DNA of 22,746 nucleotides from Armatimonadota bacterium. Its GTDB lineage: Bacteria; Armatimonadota; Armatimonadia; Armatimonadales; Armatimonadaceae. The notes under the pieces were generated by a model. It made no database searches, was not told the origin of the DNA, and was given only the letters and a program-made list of their open reading frames with translations. The translations under genes and the position numbers were made by a program. Shown one piece after another: positions 16,582-22,746 of this stretch. Position 1 is the stretch's first letter. Each line of letters starts with the position of its first letter. The stretch lies in NCBI GenBank assembly GCA_043754515.1, contig JAYUUO010000285.1, positions 1-22,746 of the forward strand. Reading direction: 5' to 3'.

Positions 16582-17994
16582 ATGGACCCGATGAATAAAA
16601 ACACCTCGTTCGCTATCGCGCGCAACCCCGGCACCCGCCAAGCCCCTGTCACTTCCCGTGCCCCGATGGGAGAGGGGGTTCCGTTCGCTAGCGGCCCGCT
16701 GAACGGGATGAGAATCGCCCACCTCGGCACGTACCCGCCGCGCAAGTGCGGCATAGCGACCTACACGCAGGACGTCGTTTCCGCCGTACACACGAACACA
16801 CTAGCGGCACCCCCGACCGTTATCGCGATGACCGCCCCCGGTGAGGACCCGAAGCAGACCGGGTACGGATGGCCCGTCGCCCACCTGATCGCGCAAAACA
16901 GCCCGGAGGAGTACGTCACCACCGCGAAGGCGATCAAGTGTGCTGGCTTCGACCTGGTAAACATACAGTATGAACACGGTATTTTCGGGGGCGCGGGAGG
17001 GAACTATCTTAATTACTTCCTGGACGAACTGGCGGGGGTGGTGCCGGTCGTCGTCACCGCGCATACCGTTCTGCCGGAGCCGGAAGCCGTCTACGCGCGG
17101 GCTATGAAGGACGTCGCGGAGCGCGCGACGCGCCTGATCGTTTTGAACAGCCGCGCGGTGCCGATCCTGAAAAGCGCGTATGGGATAGACGCGGACGCCG
17201 TCGCGGTGATCCCGCACGGCACGCCGAACGTCGAGCGGTCGCGCCGCACGCTGGTGCGCGGGCGGCTTGTGGTCGAGGGTCAGACCGTGCTCTCCACCTT
17301 TGGACTGATCGGACCCGGCAAGGGCTTGGAGCATGCCATCGCCGCCGTCGCCGCGAACGCCGAGCGGCACCCGACGCTACATTACTACGTCCTCGGTGCC
17401 ACGCACCCCGGCATCGTCCGCGAATCGGGCGAGGCGTACCGGGAGGGGCTGATGCGGCAGGCCGCGGATGCGGGCATCGCGGACCGCGTGCATTTCGTGA
17501 ACCAGTACCTCGCCCTCGACGAGTTGACAGACTGGCTTTTGGCGACCGACATCTACGTGACGCCGTACCTGAACCCGAACCAGATCACCTCCGGCACGCT
17601 CGCCTACGCGGTGGCGGCGGGCAAACCGGTGCTCTCGACGCCGTATCTGCACGCGCGGGAATTGCTCGAAGGGGGACGTGGGGTACTAACGCCGTTTAAC
17701 GACCCCGCATTGATGGCGGCGAACCTGGATCGGATGCTGGCCGACCCGCTCTGGCGCGCGGAGATGGGCGCGTCCGCGTGGGCGTTCGGGCGCACTTCGG
17801 TCTGGTCTGAAGTCGCGCAACGGTACGGCGAAGTGTTCGCTACCGCGACGGGGCGCACAGGGATGTCGTCGGTGATAGTACTCTCGGCGGGCGCGATAGC
17901 GGGCGTTACTACCACGCCGACCGGTAAAAGCGATGCGCCCGGCGTCAGCCACAAGACGACGCCACAACCAGGCACATCCGCCGCGCGGCGGTGA
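16582..17994 (+). CDS. GT4 (GT-B) glycosyltransferase
   Basis: GTYPPRKCGIATYT, IQYEHGIFGG, VIPHG, TFGLIGPGKGLE, DIYVTPYLNPNQITSGTLAYA and GKPVLSTPY; AGGAG SD at 16571-16575. Confidence 0.92.
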   Translation: MDPMNKNTSFAIARNPGTRQAPVTSRAPMGEGVPFASGPLNGMRIAHLGTYPPRKCGIATYTQDVVSAVHTNTLAAPPTVIAMTAPGEDPKQTGYGWPVAHLIAQNSPEEYVTTAKAIKCAGFDLVNIQYEHGIFGGAGGNYLNYFLDELAGVVPVVVTAHTVLPEPEAVYARAMKDVAERATRLIVLNSRAVPILKSAYGIDADAVAVIPHGTPNVERSRRTLVRGRLVVEGQTVLSTFGLIGPGKGLEHAIAAVAANAERHPTLHYYVLGATHPGIVRESGEAYREGLMRQAADAGIADRVHFVNQYLALDELTDWLLATDIYVTPYLNPNQITSGTLAYAVAAGKPVLSTPYLHARELLEGGRGVLTPFNDPALMAANLDRMLADPLWRAEMGASAWAFGRTSVWSEVAQRYGEVFATATGRTGMSSVIVLSAGAIAGVTTTPTGKSDAPGVSHKTTPQPGTSAARR

Positions 17995-18004
17995 AGGGGG
18001 GCCT

Positions 18005-19120
18005 ATGAATACCATGATCCGTCAAAAAAAGACCGGCGAGAGCCTGCCCGCTACTCGCTCGCTGTCGCTCGACTTCGTGCGCGCGATGACCGACGACACG
18101 GGCATGATCCAGCACGGCGTAGGGGGCATGCCCGACCCGCATACCGGCTACACGACCGATGATAACGCCCGCGCGTTTCTGGCGATGGTGCGTCTCTGGC
18201 GCGGCTTCCCGGAGCGTCGCGCTGAGGTGGAACCGCTGTTGCGCCGCTACTTGCAGTTCCTTGTCTGGGCGCAACGTCGGGCAACCACGACGGAGGAGTC
18301 TACTGGTGGGTCGGGCGATGGCGTGAACGGCGACGGCTGGTTCCGTAACTTCGCGGGCTACCACCGGCTGTTCCTGGAGCAGAAGGGGAGCGCGGACTGC
18401 CTGGGGCGGTGCATATGGGCACTCGGCGAAGCGGAGTCCGGGGAGTTGCCGCAGGGTACGCGGTTCGCGGTGCGCTCAATGCTTATTCAGGCGCGCGAGG
18501 CGGCCCGCGCGGTTACCGCGCCGCACGCGACCTGTTATCTGCTACTCGGGCTGTCGGATCTGGCACGCGACACCGGGGTTCGACCGCTGGTGGAGAACTG
18601 CGTCGCGCGTCTGTTGTCGCTCTGGGATGTGTATGGCAAGCCCGATTGGCACTGGTTCGAGCCGCAGGTGACATACGACAACGCCCGGTACTGCGAAGCC
18701 TTGTTGCGCGGGGGCATCGCGCTCGATGACCGGAGAGCGATCGAGGTCGCCAGGCAGTCGCTCGACTTCCTGACGGAGCATTCGTTCGACAGAACACGCG
18801 GGTATTTAACGCCGGTCGGATGCCGGGGTTGGTGGAAACGGGGCGCGAAAAAGGCCGACTTCGATCAGCAGACGATTGAAGCGGGGGCTTATATCGAGGC
18901 GTACCAGCTGTTCGCGCGGGTCTTCGACGACGCGCGGTATACCCGCCTCGCCGAACGGGCGCGTGAATGGTTCTGGGGCGACAACGTTCACCGCTTACCC
19001 CTCTACGACCCCGACTCCGGGGGGTGCTACGACGGGCTGACGGCGGAAGGTGTCAATCTGAACATGGGCGCGGAGTCGGTGCTGTCATATCTGCTCGCCG
19101 AAACGTGCGCGACGCGGTAA
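18005..19120 (+). CDS. Glycosyltransferase-associated protein, probable (alpha/alpha)-barrel glycoside-hydrolase-like domain
   Basis: MTDDTGMIQH, GYTTDDNARA, GWFRNF, GRCIWALG, WFEPQVTYDNAR, FDQQTIEA, GGCYDGL and NLNMGAESVLS match the domain commonly fused C-terminal to this GT4 subfamily. Start ATG 18005. Confidence 0.8.
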   Translation: MNTMIRQKKTGESLPATRSLSLDFVRAMTDDTGMIQHGVGGMPDPHTGYTTDDNARAFLAMVRLWRGFPERRAEVEPLLRRYLQFLVWAQRRATTTEESTGGSGDGVNGDGWFRNFAGYHRLFLEQKGSADCLGRCIWALGEAESGELPQGTRFAVRSMLIQAREAARAVTAPHATCYLLLGLSDLARDTGVRPLVENCVARLLSLWDVYGKPDWHWFEPQVTYDNARYCEALLRGGIALDDRRAIEVARQSLDFLTEHSFDRTRGYLTPVGCRGWWKRGAKKADFDQQTIEAGAYIEAYQLFARVFDDARYTRLAERAREWFWGDNVHRLPLYDPDSGGCYDGLTAEGVNLNMGAESVLSYLLAETCATR

Positions 19121-19646
19121 CGACGATTGCGACCGGCACGTCGTGTGGCTCGGTCGGCAGGGTGGGGACGATTAAGCCATCACCCGCGACGCCGACCGTT
19201 ACGCAATCGCCGCGCAATGTCGGCAGGAAGCGGTCGTAGTAGCCGCCGCCATAGCCGAGTCGGTTGCCGATCTCGTCGAATAGCAATGCGGGAACGATCA
19301 CGAGATCGAGCGTTTCGGGTGACACCTGCGGCGCGTCCGGAGGCGGTTCGCGCAGGCCGAACGCGGTGACGGCAAAGAACGTCTCGCCCAGCACAAATGG
19401 GTGAATCGTCAGGTGACGACCGCTCGCACGCCGGGGGGCATAAAACCGCTTGCCTCTGGCAGTCGCCGTCAGTGTCTCCACCACGATCTCACCGGGGAGC
19501 GCGAGGTACAGCAGGACGTGTCGCGCGGCTTGCCATTCGGGGAGCGCGGTCAAAGTGTCGAGGACGCCGGGACTGTCAATGGCCCCGCGCTGCGCCTTCG
19601 CCCACTCCCGCAATATAGGCTTGTCGTCTGCTTCTATCGGGGCCAC
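19053..19646 (-). CDS. 5-formyltetrahydrofolate cyclo-ligase
   Basis: VLLYLALPGE, FGLREP, LDLVIVPALLFD..GNRLGYGGGYYDRFL and LPTEPHDVPV..VVT; GAGGAG SD before GTG 19646. Confidence 0.93.
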   Translation of the reverse strand: MAPIEADDKPILREWAKAQRGAIDSPGVLDTLTALPEWQAARHVLLYLALPGEIVVETLTATARGKRFYAPRRASGRHLTIHPFVLGETFFAVTAFGLREPPPDAPQVSPETLDLVIVPALLFDEIGNRLGYGGGYYDRFLPTLRGDCVTVGVAGDGLIVPTLPTEPHDVPVAIVVTASRTFRRADMTAPTPRPCSD

Positions 19647-19786
19647 TCATCCGTCTCCTCTGGCGGGCACAGCCACTCGTCCCGCATCTTCCCCGCCGTC
19701 AGCATCCGTGCCACCGCCCGTTGCATCGTGGGATATTCTGGCCGCTCTACGAACAGGTCCCGGGGTGGCTGGTGCTCGTCGGGCAT
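19634..19786 (-). CDS. Putative 50-aa small protein, or C-terminal gene remnant
   Basis: MPDEHQPPRDLF...EWPR; most third codon positions are G/C; AGGA lies 7 nt before the ATG; overlaps the cyclo-ligase start. Confidence 0.35.
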   Translation of the reverse strand: MPDEHQPPRDLFVERPEYPTMQRAVARMLTAGKMRDEWLCPPEETDEWPR

Positions 19787-19829
19787 GGGGAGATCCTGCC
19801 ATCGGGATAGGGGACGCGGGCGCGACGCA

Positions 19830-21262
19830 TTAAGCGATTTGCAAGGAGTGATCAAACTGTCTGTATTCCAGGTCTAATTGATAGAGTTGCGCCCATATAT
19901 ATTGGCGCAGGTTGGCTGCGGGCAGAGCGCACTCCTGGCGCAACTCTTGCTCACTACACTCCCCATCTGGAAACTGTATTTTGCACAGTCCACTCGCGAG
20001 GATTCTCACGGCGTCCTCATTACGCTTATATGTTCGCTCGCCGACAAGTCGGACCTCTCGCGCTACTTTCTGATCTATCGCCAATTCGTCCCGCAATGAA
20101 ATTAAAACGCTCCCGAAGAAATCCGCCTTCAGGCCGAGTGTCGTGGCGAAGGAGTTCGACGTCAATTTCCGTATTTTCCAACCAGGAATGATACCACGCA
20201 TCCGGTCTAGAAAGGCCGTCTCCTGCAAGAACTTGGGGAGATCTCGTACCAACATGGACTCGTTCACCGGTTTCTGTTGGTCATCGAGTAGGATATTGGC
20301 GAGTAGCACCAGGCCGCATCGCTGGCGATCTGATGAAGCCCGCCGCGGGTCAATTGTCCGTTCGCTAGGTACCCTTTCAAGCCGCCGACGATCTCCTCCG
20401 GTCGCTCGAACTTCAGTGTCTGTACCTCATCCAAGACTACCGTCGCGTACCGTGCTAGGATACCCGGCAGTCCGTTCGCGTTATTCACGAATAGCACGGC
20501 GGGGGAGATGTTGCCCCCGCTCACGAGGCGGACCCGCGGGCTTATATTTTCGTAGACGAAACTCTTGCCGGTGCCTTTCGGGGCGAGTTCGATCAGATGG
20601 GCATGCTTTTGTACCAGCGGCAGAAGTCGGCACAGCATCAAACGCTGTTCTTTAACGCTGAACGAGTCGGGGTTGTAGCCCATGGAGAGCATCAGCAGGG
20701 CACGCCACTCCGCCAGCGAAAATTCGCCCCGCGCCTGCTTCCAGATGTTCATGTCCACCGTGGACTGCATCGGCTTGAAGCTAGCGATGATCACCCCTTT
20801 ATCCGTGTTGACCAGTTCGGTGATACCCCACATACCCCCCTTGAGTAGTTCGGGATATATCTTCGTCAAGTCGTCGGGAACCAGCGCGTCGTTGATGCCG
20901 AGAACACTCAGTTTACCGATCCGGTCTTGTTTGCCCCTGCCGATGATCACGTCTACTTGAAGCGGTGTCAGCACCTTGACTGTCTCGCCATCATATAAGC
21001 GGCTCTTGATGATGTTCTGGTCGTCGGAGCCGGGTATGGCGCGGCTCGCCCATGCGTTTACCTTGTCGGCCTCCGTCGGCGAAAGCACGCCGCTCCCAGG
21101 GACGACAGAGTCCAAAACCCACTCGGCGACATAACCGGGTATGCCGCGCTGGATCAGGCGGCTCGCGTGGAGGCGACGCTTGTCAATCACCAGGTCGCCG
21201 AAGACCCGTTGCGTCTTTGACGCCAATCTTTCTAAATCAACGGTCTCATCGCCACTGCTCAT
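19830..21262 (-). pseudogene. brxL: BREX BrxL-like AAA+ ATPase without a Lon protease domain, frameshifted near 20318
   Basis: IPGYVAEW, EWRALLMLSMGYNP, RLLPLV, Walker A ELAPKGTGKS, Walker B VVLDEVQ and LKGYLANG. The protein continues in the second frame as LVLLANI...ETAFLDRMRGIIPGW...GLKADFF...RNEDAV...SGLCKIQFP. Lies 2 nt downstream of pglZ. Confidence 0.85.
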
Positions 21263-21264
21263 GT

Positions 21265-22512
21265 TTATAGGTCCAACAAATCTCTCGCGTCTAGGCCCCG
21301 CTGATAGAGGGTATCCGCTTTCATGGATACTGTCGCGGGGATGGGCAGAGTCACGCCACCGGCCAACAAAACCATCGCCTCTCCCGTGAAAACACCTGCC
21401 AGCATATCCGCCCCTGGGTACGGGGCTATTTCCCGCTCGAAGATCTCGCGGGTCTGCGCCGGGACGGTGATACTATCTCGCACCTCCCAGACCCAGCTCG
21501 CCGTCGCGTCCGTCAGGCGCAGGGAAGTCACGGTTAGGGTGGACAAGCCTGCGTTATCGAGCGTCGCCGTGCAACGCCCCACGCCCCCACTCCTCCCGCT
21601 CGCTTCCACGGTTATGCGAAGCACGGGGACGGGGGCGTCGCGAACCAGCGCGAACCAGGGCGTAATAACCTCTTCGGGCCATAAACCGCCGTGGGGGAAA
21701 GCAACCGTGCCACCGCCGCCGTTCGTCTGCACGAAGGCACTCTCATCATGGACGACCCACGCGGTGACGCCTTGAGGCAGGCGAAACCACTCCGCGTCAA
21801 GAGCTACGACGCCGGGGGGCGGGGGGACATCGCACGTACCCCAGGCGGCACGTCCCTCGGGCGTTAGACCGCCGGGGGCCGCGTAATAGCGTGGTACATC
21901 GCCCGATAGTAGGCGGCCATGATCCGTGCTGACGACGAGGGAAAGGTCGCACTCGGGCGGCACCGCGAACGCTATCTCGCGGATACGGGTGGCGAGAAGA
22001 TTTAGTTGCCCAGATACTTCGGCTGCCGTCGTTTCGCGGGACTGGTTCCGGTGATAGATGCCATCCGGGTCTTTGTGGCTCAATACCAGCACCTGCCCGT
22101 TCTCCGCCGCCGCCGCCTGATCGCGCATCGTCTTATCTTTCAGCAAAACCGCGCCGGGGAAATTGGGGGTGGGGGTTTCGCCGAGCGGCAAGGTCTCCGG
22201 CGGGCGGCCGTTCATCAACGCCGGTTTACAAAAACAGGTGATGGTGGGCAGTGTGCTAAAACAAAGCTGGTCCGCGATAAGGGTGAAACGACCTTCCGCG
22301 CGGAGCAAACCCAGCAATATTTCCCCGTCCGGCACCGGCATCCCGTCGAGGATGACCCACAGGGTGACGCCGCTCGCGCGTTGTAGGCGCGCGGATTCGG
22401 CTATAGCGAGCACGTCATAACCGCTCCCGCCGGCAACCGCACGCGGATAGAAGTCGAGTAGCCACGTTGCGAAACTGTGCGCGACCCGCTTGATATGATC
22501 GGCATGGTCAGT
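21265..22512 (-). pseudogene. pglZ: BREX PglZ-domain (alkaline-phosphatase-like) protein, 3' part, interrupted by an IS
   Basis: ILDGM, LPTIT..CKPAL, VVSTDHG and HGGLWPEEVITPW. The frame stays open upstream of the annotated GTG (TDHADHIKRVAHSFATWLLDFYP) up to the IS end at 22513. Confidence 0.85.
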
Positions 22513-22746
22513 GGCTTTGTTGCATGAACCGTCTTATGGTCACGGATGCGAGTAGACGGTATCCTGTGATCTGTGAAAAACAACAAGAAACTATCTTCGG
22601 GCTACTCGCCAAAGCAGAAACCGAAGACCGCCTACCACATCCGCAACGGGAAAGATTATAACACGGCCTTGGTTAAGCGGGGCAGCCTGACCGTCTGGTT
22701 CGACCCCGATGTCGCCCAGCGATGGATCGAACCGCGGACATCGGGC
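22513..22746 (+). mobile_element. IS5-family, IS903-group insertion sequence (left end, partial)
   Basis: Terminal GGCTTTGTTGCATGAACC resembles the IS903 inverted repeat GGCTTTGTTGAATAAATC; a transposase N-terminus follows. Confidence 0.88.
22573..22746 (+). CDS. IS903-group transposase, N-terminal 58 aa (runs off the window; absent from the ORF track)
   Basis: GTG 22573: ...KPKTAYHIRNGKDYNTALVKRGSLTVWFDPDVAQRW, matching the IS903-type N(W)xxYNxALxxRGSLTxW motif. Confidence 0.85.
   Translation, partial: MKNNKKLSSGYSPKQKPKTAYHIRNGKDYNTALVKRGSLTVWFDPDVAQRWIEPRTSG

Noticed and set aside
20264..20330. Programmed ribosomal frameshift or phase variation in brxL
   Set aside because: No slippery heptamer or simple-sequence tract at the frame switch; a 1-bp deletion explains it.
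1..22746. tRNA or rRNA genes, integrase or att site for the defence island
   Set aside because: None recognised by eye; no tRNA-like arms or flanking repeat seen at the island boundary near 19830.

Overview
GC-rich bacterial chromosomal window. The left ~19.8 kb is mostly housekeeping: tsf(partial)-pyrH-frr-uppS-SRPBCC; a minus-strand run of aspS, two membrane proteins, an orphan cytoplasmic GAF-PAS histidine kinase, dut and a TPR membrane protein; divergent gatB followed by a standalone NIL-domain gene and metX; a possible HicA-like relic; a four-GAF protein with no output domain; a GT4 glycosyltransferase plus its (alpha/alpha)-barrel-like partner; and 5-formyltetrahydrofolate cyclo-ligase. 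The right ~2.9 kb is the end of a BREX-like defence locus: pglZ, interrupted by an IS5-family IS903-group element starting at 22513, and a short Lon-protease-less brxL carrying a 1-bp frameshift near 20318. Other notable signals are a recurrent (G/T)G-TATA(A/C)T-GG promoter motif that gives apparently leaderless gatB and SRPBCC mRNAs, a possible leaderless uORF coupled to the kinase, non-discriminating AspRS signatures head-to-head with gatB, and a perfect 20-bp tandem duplication. All family assignments come from motif recognition by eye; no searches were run.
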